DNA from: Atractiella rhizophila
Lineage: Eukaryota
Length of the DNA: 64,000 nucleotides
Reading direction: 5' to 3'
Assembly: GCA_021432655.1 (NCBI GenBank)
Contig: MU271246.1
Location: 1 to 64,000, forward strand
The notes beneath the pieces were generated by a model that did not search any database, had not been told where the DNA came from, and saw only the letters and a program-made list of their open reading frames with translations. The first letter of the stretch is position 1; every line of letters starts with the position of its first letter. The position numbers were made by a program, and so were the translations under genes. This document shows positions 52,786-64,000 of the stretch, one piece after another.

Positions 52786-54480
52786 ATTTCTACGAATGAA
52801 CTGCTAGGGTGGTGCTTACTTGAACTCTAGAAAGCAGTGATGTATACTTCCTGCAGTCGGGCACACAGGTGTCTGTCCTGGTTCAAGATATACATGGCTT
52901 CATGATTCGGAGACGTAGTGATCAAAGTCTTTGAAGCAGCTATGTATCTGGCGATAGTATCTCTGGTCGCCCACGCTAAGAGAAAAGAACAGTAGAAAGT
53001 CGTTGTTTTTCTTGCGAGGTCGTTAGTACGATTTAATCCTTCTGTTTCTCGAGAGTTTGGAGTGTTTGCTTTGCTCTCCTGATATATCTTGGACGTGATT
53101 TGTGTGGTGTGGGTTTTGCTGGACGGAATAGCTTCTGCTTCCGTGTATGTCAAGTGTGGAAATTAACGCCACTGTTTTGCATACTAGCACCTATTTCCTC
53201 TTCGAACCCTTGACGTTTTTCCCTACGTAAACTTCTTCTACGGCTCTCTACAGAGGGGAAGCAGGTAGGTCGTTGTAGAATCGGTGGAAAGAGAGGGAGG
53301 TTCCGGCATCTTAGCTGTAGTGTAGGCGCCTCGCGCGTTATAAGTCCCTCGGTGCAGAGAGAGATATATATTGCTGGTACCCTCTTCACGCCTCTCTTGT
53401 ACCTCTTGGCTGAAATTAGTTCCATCGTCTCTACGACTTCACTGTCCTCAAGCCCTATGCTTTGAGACCTGGCTGAAAAGCGCAAGTTGGATTTCGAAAC
53501 GCGAGCTGTGGGACCTCAAGAGGTAGAGGTGGAGAAATTCCATTCTACTGCGTTCCTAACCTCAAAATTTTCCATCGGAGGAAAGAGGGAAGTTCGGGTC
53601 GTCGCCTAATGACATTTGTGCTGTCAAAAGAAGGGTGTATATTCCTTTCTGTTTTCTTGGGGACCTTACAACTTTGAAAACCTCTTTCTTGTGAGTGCTG
53701 AGGTGGACTCCTGGAGGTGGTAGGAAGGGTTGAGTAGGAGCGAGAGAGGTTAGTATCGCTTATATAGTCCAGATAGCTCCATTGTGGTCATGAGGTTCAA
53801 AGGGGTGGCCGAGCTCCTCCAAGCTGCCGTCTGAGTTAGACTGTCGCCGCTCTAGATAGTCGTCAGTGTTCAAGTAGGGCGCGTTTTTTTCGTAGGTTTG
53901 CATGGAAACTGCGGGTTGTAGAAGAAGTCATAGGGGTTGTCGACAAACTGGGACGAGGGAAGCGAGACGTGGAGGGGTAGTGCCTGCCTCTGGTACAGAC
54001 GCCGCAGGCCTACCTACTGCTGGCGGAGGGGCAAGAGCAGAAGCATGCTGAGAGGGTCACGCCACCCGCACTCTCTCTCGCACACGACCCACACCCTCTG
54101 AACTCACCTGACCCTCCCCGCCTCCCTCTGAACCTCCCCAGACTCGGTCCTGTACCACAAAATAAAGATCGGATCTGACCTTCCACTGAGAACTCTCCTC
54201 CCTCTCCACTATTCCTCTATCATTCCACCTTTCTCCGTCTTCTTTCTCAACCCTACCTTTGTTTCTTTCTTTGCAACCAACTAACCAACTGACCCAACTA
54301 CGTTCTACGTTCGCCTTGCACAAGGCTTGAGGCGGTTAGCATTGAAGCAAGGAAAAGTGCTCGACGTAAGCCTGGAAAACAAATAAATGCATTGCGCAGG
54401 GGAGTGAACGCGCAGTTAAGTAGGTAGAAATGCGCAGGCAAGAAGGAGAGTATTTTGAGTGTTAGCATAGAAGAGTCCAA
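52786..54480. other. Mirror-reversed segment 4, right of 246-N gap
   Basis: Read backwards gives OSBP exons 1-3; terminal donor gtaagcatcttta joins normal-strand ...gctcac...ccag acceptor at ~54509. Confidence 0.96.
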
Positions 54481-56563
54481 CCTATGCCCAAAGCTCACCA
54501 TTCCTCCAGGCCTTATAACAGCATGTTCGTGTCGTCCCATGGATTGTTTCCTCCCTTAACCAGTCACACAGTTTGGGAGAACAATTTCGCTGCTGTTGGG
54601 ATACCTCCATCGCCTCCACGGATCCGGCTTCTGGCGACCTTCTCGTCAGTGAGGGTCTCCTGGAATTGGGAAGTGCTACTGCCTCTACTTCCACATCAGC
54701 TCCAGCTAGCTCTTCCAGCTCTAGCATCAACCCTTCGCCCGCGAATAGCTCGTTGAATGTCAATAGCAGCGCTTCTAGCTCTTCGTCTTCTTCTGTTGAG
54801 ACTCACACCACACGACCCAGCCGTGGAGGTGATGGAAAGAAAGCGAGATCCGTCTTTCTCACCGAACAGGTGAACAGATTTATTAATAAACGAAAAGATA
54901 GGGTGTTGATGTTTATCAAATAGATCTGCCATCACCCGCCTATATCTTCATTCTGGTATGAAACCGTCGTGGACGAGGGAGCTCGACGGATACAAGCTTA
55001 CGGGATCGATCAGATCAGCGGTCGATTTACGGGAACGAGTGTGTTTTCCAGCGATTTGTGCTGCAACTAGTTGAGAATGAATAGGCCTCAAGATCTATCC
55101 CGGAGTCAAGAACTTGGGCATCTTTGTTAACCTTCCCGATCGTGGTGAAGAGTATCAGGTCCGTCTCACTCAGTTCTCCCCAAAGAAAGGGAAAGCCTCA
55201 TACGATGCCCATCACGGATAACAGATTACCCATCCGGTCGCTTCTATCGTGGGCATCGTGAAGCTCTCGCCATACGTTACCATCACTGAGCAGACTTCTA
55301 TCACCTGCCGTCGAGCGAATTCGAACGGTAGATCATTGCGCGCCATTACTCAATACCTAGATGAGGTGTGACATTTTGGGCTGTGTTCTCATTGGGCTTA
55401 TCTGATGTTTCGATGCAGGGATGGATCAGTCGTCCACGTTTCGCGATCAAGGGCGTCATTTAACGCCTATATCTTCATTCTGGTATGAAACCGTCGTCGA
55501 CGATGGAGCTCGACGGATACAAGCTTACGGGATCGATCAGATCAGCGGTCGATTTACGGGAACGAGTGTGTTTTCCAGCGATTGTGCTGCAACTAGTTGA
55601 GAATGAATAGGCCTCAAGATCTATCCCGGAGTCAAGAACTTGGGCATCTTCGTCAACCTTCCCGAGCGCGGTGAAGAGTATCAGGTCCGTCTCACTCGCC
55701 TCTCCCCAAAGAAAGGGAAAGCCTCATGCGATGCGCATCACTGGTAACAGATTACCCATCCGGTCGCTTCTATCGTGGGCATCGTGAAGCTCTCGCCATA
55801 CGTTACCATAACTGAGCAGACTTCAATCACCTGCCGTCGAGCTAATTCGAACGGTAAATCATTGCGCGCCATTACTCAATACCTAGATGAGGTGTGTCAT
55901 TTTCAGCCGTGTTCTCATTGAGCTTATCTGATGTTTCGATGCAGGGATGGATCAGTCGTCCACGTTTCGCGATCAAGGGCGTCATTTATGAATGCAACAA
56001 TGAAACGGAAGAGAAGTGGATGATGAAGGATGTGCCCGCCGATCGGATCGTTGCCACCTTTGAAGGGTCCTGGCGTACAAAGATGACCTGGAAGCGGACC
56101 CGCGGTGAGGACCAGGTCCGTCCTCTCTACCTAACCTGCTGAGAAATACTCATTTTGGGCTGGTTGCTGGCGAATAGTCGGAGAAGGTTCTTGTAGACCT
56201 CGACAAGTTGGAGGTTCTGCCTAAGACGGTGCGCACGATCGATAACCAGAAAGAGATGGAGAGCCGCAAGATTTGGAGACCTGTTACAGACGCGATCAAG
56301 GGGAAGAAGTTTGCTGAAGCTACGAAGCAGAAGCAAGTGATTGAACAGAGACAAAGGGATAAGGCGGCGGAGAAGAAGCGGAAGAATGAAGAGTCCGTCT
56401 CTCCTCCCCTTCCACTTTTTTTAGACTAATTTGTCTACTTAGCCACATACCAATTCTCTTCACACTCGATATCGATGATGGAAGACCGAAGCTGACAGAA
56501 GAGGGAAAGAAGGCATTGGAGGAAGACATGAAGGCTGTCGCGTACGAGGGATCCCAATCCTAA
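52786..56563 (+). CDS. Oxysterol-binding protein (Osh/ORP family). ATG at 54154 read backwards; 3' exons normal; contains a ~525-bp internal duplication
   Basis: Reverse: KQLLGILKKMLGVK|DLAAVRLSLPSNLLEPVG.NLEYWCYLDRPDIFA..GRMVEVLRWS|LTKDLKFIRGGIVK; forward: PYNSM|LGEQFRCCW..FLTEQ|ICHHPPIS..ESRKIW..ATKQKQVIEQRQR. Confidence 0.93.
54937..55988 (+). repeat. Tandem ~525-bp direct repeat inside the OSBP gene (54937-55462 / 55464-55988)
   Basis: Both copies start cgcctatatcttcattctggtatgaaacc and end gggcgtcattta; scattered SNPs. Confidence 0.95.
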
Positions 56564-56983
56564 AGAGCATCATAGAACAGACCATTACGACGACAACGAG
56601 ACACCAGTTGGTAGAGCTTTTTATTGATGTGTCGGTTTCGTGTACATGGTTTTCTTCCTTTCGAAGCAGTCATCGAGTGCAGAGTGAGGAAGGACGGGAT
56701 TTTGGATGGATATCGTGCGTGCTAGCAGAGTATGATGCAGTCGTTCTATTTCTTGTTATGCAGGAGCAGGTATATACACTCAATAGAAGTCGATCGTTGC
56801 ACCTAAGCTCACTGTAGCGTAGTCACGTGAACTGAACGTCAGGCTCAACGAGTCAAGTCAAGGTACGCGCACATACTGACGTCACTCCTTTGCTGCATAA
56901 AAGGTTCTGTTTCCCTTTCGTCCAGTCCAGAACACATTTATCGAATCAGAAATTCAGCTACCGTTCATATTACTTGAATCACC

Positions 56984-57510
56984 ATGACTATTGACAATCC
57001 CAACGAGAATGATCGACACAGTCTCAAGGACAAAATATACAGCATTCTGTATACCTGTTCTTGCCACCGTCTCTTGCTGAGCTGACAGAGCTTCACAGGC
57101 CACATCCTCCCACAGGACCTCAGCAAGGACAACATGGTGCTCATAACAATCCTAAAGAAGTCAGGGGGTTACATGGGGACGGGAAGGGTGGAAGCTTTGG
57201 TATTCTGTATGTCTCTCAATCTCCTCTGTCGTTTAAACGCTGATGTGGATTTTAGCCCGCACCCCGCGAAAACGAACGATCCCAGTGATCTGAAGGAAGA
57301 GGATTGGAAGCGTCACGACGCTAAATTCTTCGGGGGAGGGCCTGGCGTTCAGACCGCCCCCGGACCTCATATCCCCTCCAAGGAGACTGCTCATAGCTTG
57401 GAGGAGCCTCTGGGACGGGATGAGTTGAGAAAGGTTCGTGTTCCGCCCCCAAAGTGACTTAAGCATTGAAAATTGTTCTTCAGCGTCAAGAGGAACTCAA
57501 CAGGAAGTAA
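56984..57510 (+). CDS. Small hydrophilic hypothetical protein (4 exons)
   Basis: MTIDNPNENDRH..|..|PHPAKTNDPSDL..PGPHIPS..LEEPLGRDELRK|RQEELNRK*; canonical introns. Confidence 0.7.
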
Positions 57511-57820
57511 CATGGTAGCGTTCGCATGTATAAACCGTCCTGTATATGTTGTAACATTGGCATGAATATCCTTGTAAGCGCACGAGCATACGCTGCTGTT
57601 CACGATCCAGTCTTGGTTTACGTAGCGCAGACTATCGAAAAAGACAGACTAGGGTGGCAGGACGGGCCGTTAGTCCGCAAAATACCATCGAGTGCCATCG
57701 ATCTACTTAAGAAGGTGCAGCTCTTTTCTGCAATGAGGATCAACCTCCCTCCTCTTCTACAGTGCCGGCGTCTCGGATCTTGAAGCAGAGCTGCCTTAAC
57801 ATTGAAAACACCTTGCCGCC

Positions 57821-58260
57821 ATGGGCTCACCAAAGTCGACAGGAGAACCAAAGCGCATTGCTCAATGGATCCATCTGAAGAAAGACAGAGTTGAGGAGTA
57901 CAAGCAGTGCCATGCTGCAGTTTGGCCGGCTGTCTTGGAGCAGATCAAAGACTCAAACATCGTCGATTGTAGGGAATACACCTGCACATTACTTCTATGA
58001 TGAACTTATGGTTTGACACAGATTCCATCTTCTTCGACGCCTCGAGAAGCGTACTTTTCGCCAGCTTCAAATACGTCGGAACGGACTGGGACGCCGATAT
58101 GGCTGCCATGGCAGCCAATCCGAAAGTTCAAGAGTGGTGGTCCATGACAGATGGAATGCAAACGAGCCCAGTTGACGGAGCGCTGGGAAGTTATGCCGCC
58201 AGTCAAGGTGCTCCATCGTGGTGGGGTCAAACGGAGGAGGTTTTCAGGTTCGACGGATAA
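57821..58260 (+). CDS. L-rhamnose mutarotase-like (DUF718) protein
   Basis: EEYKQCHAAVWPAVLEQIKDSNIVD|YSIF..LFASFKYVGTDW..ANPKVQEWW..EEVFRFDG*. Confidence 0.9.
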
Positions 58261-60013
58261 GACAGAGACAAGGCTGGAAATGTGCCTGAACACTATGTAC
58301 AATTGTTGACTCAACCCGAAGGTTGTGAAGAACGAACGGAAGGATTCTGAAAAGCGCAGTTGGGTGAAAAGTGTCTTAACTGAACCAAAACGCACGTTAG
58401 CGATGCATGCTACAGTGAACATTGCTCAAGAGTAAATATTTTGCGAGCTGGAATGGGATACCACCTTAGAGGTAAATCAAGTATTGACTCTTCCTCACGC
58501 AAGAAAACATCCTTTGTCAATGGGAGAAACAGCAACCAGCAATTGGATTGCAACATTTTGCCTTGAGAGAATGACACCACATTCTCGCTGAGATGACGAT
58601 GAAAATGTTGATGATCAGCGCATCGTGAGATGGAGAATATGGAACTGCGCGGCCGCTTGAACAGAGGCTGGGAAAGATAGTCAGACAGTAGAAGCTTTCT
58701 GTGTTGGGACCTGTTTCTGCGCATCAGAAATTGCGAATCTGTCTTGAATACTCTCACATCCCTGGTTGGCACAAATCCCAGACTCCGAGGTTAGTCCAAC
58801 TTGTGCCATGCAACTTTCGGGAAGTTCAGCAGTGCAGTCTGGCACTTCATTGTGAGATAATTTGGCACTTCCCAAAATGAACGGTTCCCATTGTACTGCC
58901 GTTATAAAGCATACTAAAGTCGTTGTCCTTATCACAAGGGTCAGTCTTAAGGTGGCTTGGCAGTCACGACAGTACCGATACCGATCGACAATCGCAATAG
59001 AGCGTTCACAACCAGAGTAGGCTTCATTCCTTCCAATTGTACTCACACGTTCTTCCAAAGGGAGCGGTGGATGAAAGACCGACAAGGGACGTGCAGATAT
59101 GAAAACCTAATCGGCGCCTCCATATATTGTACATAAATAATTAGTAAATTTCGTATTTTTTTTAGTAATTTGTATATATGCCCAGCTTAAGGTAGCGAAG
59201 TCGCGTAATTCAGAAGACATAACAGCTGTGGAATTGGACCTTGTGCAAACTGTCAAAGAAAAGCCCTCCCTCCTGACAGAATTAACTCCGTAGAAAGACG
59301 TTTGCCTGGTGTTTGGTTTGACTCCTAATGTGGCGATTAAAACTGAGATGGTGTGTCTGATGGGGCTCAAATGGAACTACTCAGAACGTTTCAAAAGCAA
59401 GGAGCATTTATCAGTTGAATTTTTAGGAGACATACCCAGACTCTGACCGCGATCAACTACGTCATCCACAATATTCACTCTGTAAGATACTGGGTAAATG
59501 GAGGTTCTTTCAAGAAACGCGGCCAGAGCATGTTATTAGCGGTTCTGCTCCCAGGAATAAAGTCCGCCAGGATCTCCGCATTTGCCCTGAATTCTGATGA
59601 ATGGTCACGTGCATGCTAATGGTGCACCAGAAGAATCAGAGATGAATCGAAGTGATTGACTACATTCCATGGCGTCCAGCGACGTGCAACGCGCGTTGAG
59701 ACTAGCTTAGCGACAGGAGGTCATCGATCGAGAAACGGTTGAAAAGAACAACGGATGATTATCGTGATTTCCAGACCCAGAACGCTCGAGCGCCATTTTG
59801 AATAACTGCGCCTTCGAGAAGGCCTGCACTCGGCTGCACTTCTTTGTGATTGAAAATGACATCGAGGACAAGGTGGGAATTCGAAGAAACAAGGTTTTTC
59901 TCACCGTTATTTCAGCCGCGTCATTATAAATCCCTGATAAAATGCCAGTCGCCTCACCGTTATATCCAAAGGCTGCACTTTCTTTTCTTTGCCCCACCTG
60001 ACCGCACAACGAT

Positions 60014-61009
60014 ATGAGCGAAGAAATTCTCAAACCCACCCTTCTCCTTCCTAATTCCTGCAGCGTCTGCGGAGTGGAAGGCAGAGCACAACGATGCAGT
60101 AGGTGCCTGGCTTACGTTGCTTATTGCGTTTGTCGTCTCCTTATCGTTTCCAACTTTGACTAATGATTCCAGAGAACAGGGTCGCGAATGCCAATCGGCC
60201 GATTGGTCGTCTCACAAACTTGTTTGCGGAGTAGTGGCAAATGTCTTTTCAGACGTCGAGCCATGGAGAAATGTTCGCATCCCTTTCTAGTCTCAGTGCC
60301 TGTCTCCTCTATTAACTAACATTGTCCACTGGAATAGAAATTCGTGGCGATGCTTAAGGGTCAAGCTTCGCGAGCCCTCGGGTTCTCATCCACCAATCAA
60401 CCTCAGGTTCATGCGCACTACTTCCTCCTCGACCTGTTCATCCTTCCATCCACCGTGCAAGAGCACGATCACACCCCTATAGAAAAGCGCTACGCGTTAG
60501 ACCACGTCAGTCTCCTCCCCTTACCGCACGGCGAGAACGCAAGTGCCAGTGCTAGAGCTGATACCACCCTCTTCACTCCCGCGGAGCAAGAAAAGGTGGA
60601 AGCGATCCTTGAGGCTTCGAGAGAGCTACAAGCGGACGGGCGGAAGGGAATCTCAGTCTGGTTGCTCCGATTTCGATTTCGCACTCCGGTACAGAAGATG
60701 GTGATGGACTCGATGTTATCGACGAGTGCACTTCGACCTGGGGGAGAGCGACCCATAGTTCGGTTCTATGACTTGAGACATCGTACAGGAGGCGACGATG
60801 GTTGCAGAGATGGAATCGCGGACGAAGAAGGAGTTGTTTTGAAAGCCTTGATGCCGTTGGATATGATTGGAACGAAGGAGGTTCCCATGATGAAGTTGCT
60901 AGATATGGTGGGTATTGGATGGCGGGAATGTCTGGGTTGGGCTTTCTGGAGAGGGTTGACTGACCAGACCTTCCTAAGACTAGCGACGGAGCTGAGAGAG
61001 AAAAAGTAA
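60014..61009 (+). CDS. MYND-type zinc finger protein
   Basis: CSVC..QRCSRC..YC|GRECQSADWSSHKLVC, followed by the 60344-61009 frame. Confidence 0.85.
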
Positions 61010-62927
61010 CTTGTGCGAGATGTATGTGAAATATGCGGACAAACATAGCGAAACATGGCTCAATCTGGTTCGACCAATCAGCTTCTCATGAGTCAAAACG
61101 TAAACGCAGGTCTTACGATTCTAGGATGTGGTAACACTACACATCTGCCAAGATCCTTTTCTTCCTATGCATGTAGTCCCGGTGTTGTTGGCATGGACGT
61201 ATTGTAAGACGAAATGCAATAGTAGCTTAGTAACAGGGCGGGTCATTACTTTACCAGTGTACCCATGGTGGCTACTAGTATATTATTGGTTTATTATCTG
61301 CATTTATTTTTGAAGCTTTGTGGTAGAACGGGACTTACAACAGGAAGCTTTGTGTTCTAGTCAAAGAGGAAAGATTGGGTGCCTTACCTTTTCATGCTCC
61401 TCCTGTCTCTGAGGCCTTGGATGTTGCAGGGGAGGCTGAAGAATTGTCGACCTTTCTACGCTTGTCCACCACCTCAGGGGAGGGTTTGTTTCAATAGAAG
61501 TACATTTTACAAGAAGCAGGCTCTACAGGTGATAATCGGTTTGTTCTCGTAGTTGGTCACACATTCTAAATCTCAAACGTTTCTGTTGATGGCAGCTTCG
61601 GCGTAAGCAGTTCCATCATGACAGCTGCCGTGACTTCCCTGATTCGGATTATGTTCGCCAGTCATGGTTGTAACTCTACAATGGTTCCACGCTAGTCTGA
61701 AAAGCATCCCGGCAATCTGTACACCATGGATGTGGCAACGAGGTGGATTGTGTATCACTCTGCCCTTTCAGGGGACTCGGGAGATGCGGTTATCACAGGA
61801 ACAAGCAAAAGCAACATCTCAGTGGATACAGACTTGAGCCTGTGAGCCATCGATGCAATGGAAGCTTTGCGGCAGGAGGTAAAGGATGGAGCCGCCAGGT
61901 CTCACAGTTGAAAGAACATTATTCGAATAAATAAGGGCAATGGCACAGTTTGTGCGGAGCTCCAGTTTCCCCCAGCTTTGATAAAAATCTCCACTATCAA
62001 CAAACGTGACGATGAATTCCTTCTATTTCTGGGATCTGCACCTCCTTGCACTCAGGGAGTGATAACGAAGCATCACGACTGCATCGTTGGACGGATAATC
62101 ACCAATTACGGGTTGTTTTTCATTCGCAAAGGACATAGAAAGCAAAACAAACTGGGCGAACGGTCAGGGGGTGGAGGCGATACTTGTGGAACCCAAGCAG
62201 ATGAAACTAGCGCCGTCTGGGAAATACCCTCTAGTCAAATTCATTTCATTATTGCGCACCATGCACAATGAGAAGTTTCAACTGCTGAAGAGGTGAGGAG
62301 CATGCAGATGAAGCCATAAATAACGGCTTGCTCCCCTACAATCACGGCAGACTGTGTGAGCAAAGAAGCGGGACATATAACGATCAGAAGACTTTCGCAC
62401 CGGCACTGAAGCTGCTACTCTCTATGCTACTCTCTATGGCTGCTACACTGCTCCTGCAGTGCTCATATGCGTCCACAAACAAAAGAGTTCTCTATCATGG
62501 ACGTACTCCCTGGATTTCATTCCAAATGGGCACCGCGCCAACGTTGTACTGCAGATGAAAAGTCAGCAGTAACAGTAACAAGTCCAACTGGAGTCGGTTT
62601 AGGGGATGAATAAAACTCACAAAAGAAACGTAGATTCTAAGTGTCAGTCCAAGTCAATCTCCAACAAGCAGCCAAGCAGCCTAACCACTGCCCTTGATCT
62701 TGCCCTTTTCGTGCAAACATCCTCACATTGGCACAACCTTAAGTTGGAACGGATTCGGAGCCGAGACCAAGCACTCTTCCACTTCGTGAGAGCGACGCGT
62801 TTCAGCCTCATCTGCACCCCTCCTTTGCAGCAACTGCGACACTGACGGCAGCGCGACAACATTGGCAATTGATAACATCGCCATAATCCGCAATCTTTAA
62901 TCATTTCAGTTTGAGGAAGTTGTAACA

Positions 62928-64000
62928 ATGCCAAAGCGTAAGAGAGCCGAAATCGAGCAGCAACAGCAACAGGAGGAAGAGGCGGATAGTCAGGAAGAGT
63001 TTACCGTTGGTGAGACTTTGCTCGTTTGATTACCTTTTACTTGAAACCTGATAGGGTACAATAGAGAAGGTGCTTGACTCGCGGTACAGCAGGTCGAAAG
63101 AGAGGACAGAGTTCTTGGTCCAGGTACGGTGCATCATAGCAGTCATTTGGAGCTGAGCGCTTCTGGCCAGTGGGCGGGTTATAGCGAATCAGAGAACTCG
63201 TACGTATTTCTTACTTCATTGTTTTCTGCCTTGCTGATTTGTCCTGAGATGGGAGCCATTTGAGAACTTCAACGACACAGAGTGTATCTTTGTACGTCAC
63301 TGCCTTCATTCTAGGGGCAGTTTCTTGATGTGTACGTTTACTTGGCTGAAGGAATTCTACGATCAAAATCCAAAAGGTCATGGCTTCAAACAATATTCGC
63401 GGCGGGCAAAGAAAAAGGAGAAGAAAAAGAAGAAACAAAAGTCGTCGACCAAAGCTTCTCAGGTCGAACAAGCTTCAAGCTCGCCTGACGAATCGCTCAT
63501 CAAGGAAGTGAAGAAGTCAAAAAGCAAGTCAACATATCAATTCCCGTCGCAATCACAGGGTGCAAGAGAAGTGACCGAGGAAGACAGTTCAGACGATAGC
63601 GTTCCACTCCGCCAACAAGTCAGTGGGAACGATTGGAAGAGGAGAACAGTGGAAGAGAAGCAGGAGAAAGAGCCACCGAAGCAAGTTACAAAAAAGAAGA
63701 CGCTAGCGCAGCTGGTCCCAGAGTCAGAGAGCGACAACGATGAATTCGAATCGATGCTCATTCCTCCTAAACGAAAGGGGAAGGCAAGTGAAGCAATCTT
63801 GATTGAGTCTCCGCGAGGTACATCGCCTGTTGTGGAGACGACTGTCACACAACCTCTAGCACCAGCTCTGATGTCGCAGACGCAATCTGCTCGAGATGAT
63901 GTTATGGATGTGGATGTGGCAGGAGGTGGAGGAGTACCAGAAAGTCACATGAACCTTTTCCTCGACGTGATGGACGAAGGAGATGCGGTGAATCATCTTC
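62928..64000 (+). CDS. Chromodomain protein (runs off window)
   Basis: EEFTV|EKVLDSR..EFLVQ|WAGYSESENS|WEPFENF, then a long charged low-complexity region. Confidence 0.88.

Noticed and set aside
53510..53550. U1 snRNA-like start (atcttacctta, read backwards) in the long OSBP intron
   Set aside because: Only a short match, with no evident U1 stems or Sm site
19836..54480. Biological origin of the mirrored segments (e.g. exotic polymerase or strand polarity switch)
   Set aside because: All four abut assembly gaps, contain indel errors, and at least two split conserved host-gene regions; an artefact is far more parsimonious
58400..59950. Short minus-strand ORFs
   Set aside because: No recognisable coding signal; treated as intergenic
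62410..62445. Two-copy ~12-bp tandem repeat gctactctctat (similar case gaaaagctatta at ~24475)
   Set aside because: Trivial slippage duplications

Overview
Intron-rich fungal (basidiomycete-like) genomic DNA with about 25 protein-coding genes and three N-gaps (22082-22100, 47441-47465, 52540-52785). Two main results. (1) Four gap-adjacent segments (19836-22081, 44143-47440, ~51331-52539, 52786-~54480) are written mirror-reversed without complementation. They look non-coding in all six frames. Read as plain complement or plain reverse, they give recognisable genes, and most of these join in frame to the normal flanks: a CDC20/Fizzy-family WD40 gene, mitoribosomal mL58, most of a transposase, a PAC1-like exon and the 5' half of an oxysterol-binding-protein gene. 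This is almost certainly a gap-filling artefact. (2) A 9.1-kb multi-gene DNA transposon at 40553-49666. It has imperfect 34-bp TIRs starting CACCG, a 5-bp TTCAT target-site duplication, palindromic CAGG-N3-CCTG subterminal repeats, a CMC-like DDE transposase (mostly hidden in a mirrored segment) and at least two accessory genes. Other content: four SDRs, two RTA1 paralogues, partial tandem duplications in a histidine phosphatase and the OSBP gene, and an L-rhamnose mutarotase-like gene with a decayed copy 55 kb away. All family assignments come from manual translation and recalled motifs; no database searches were run.
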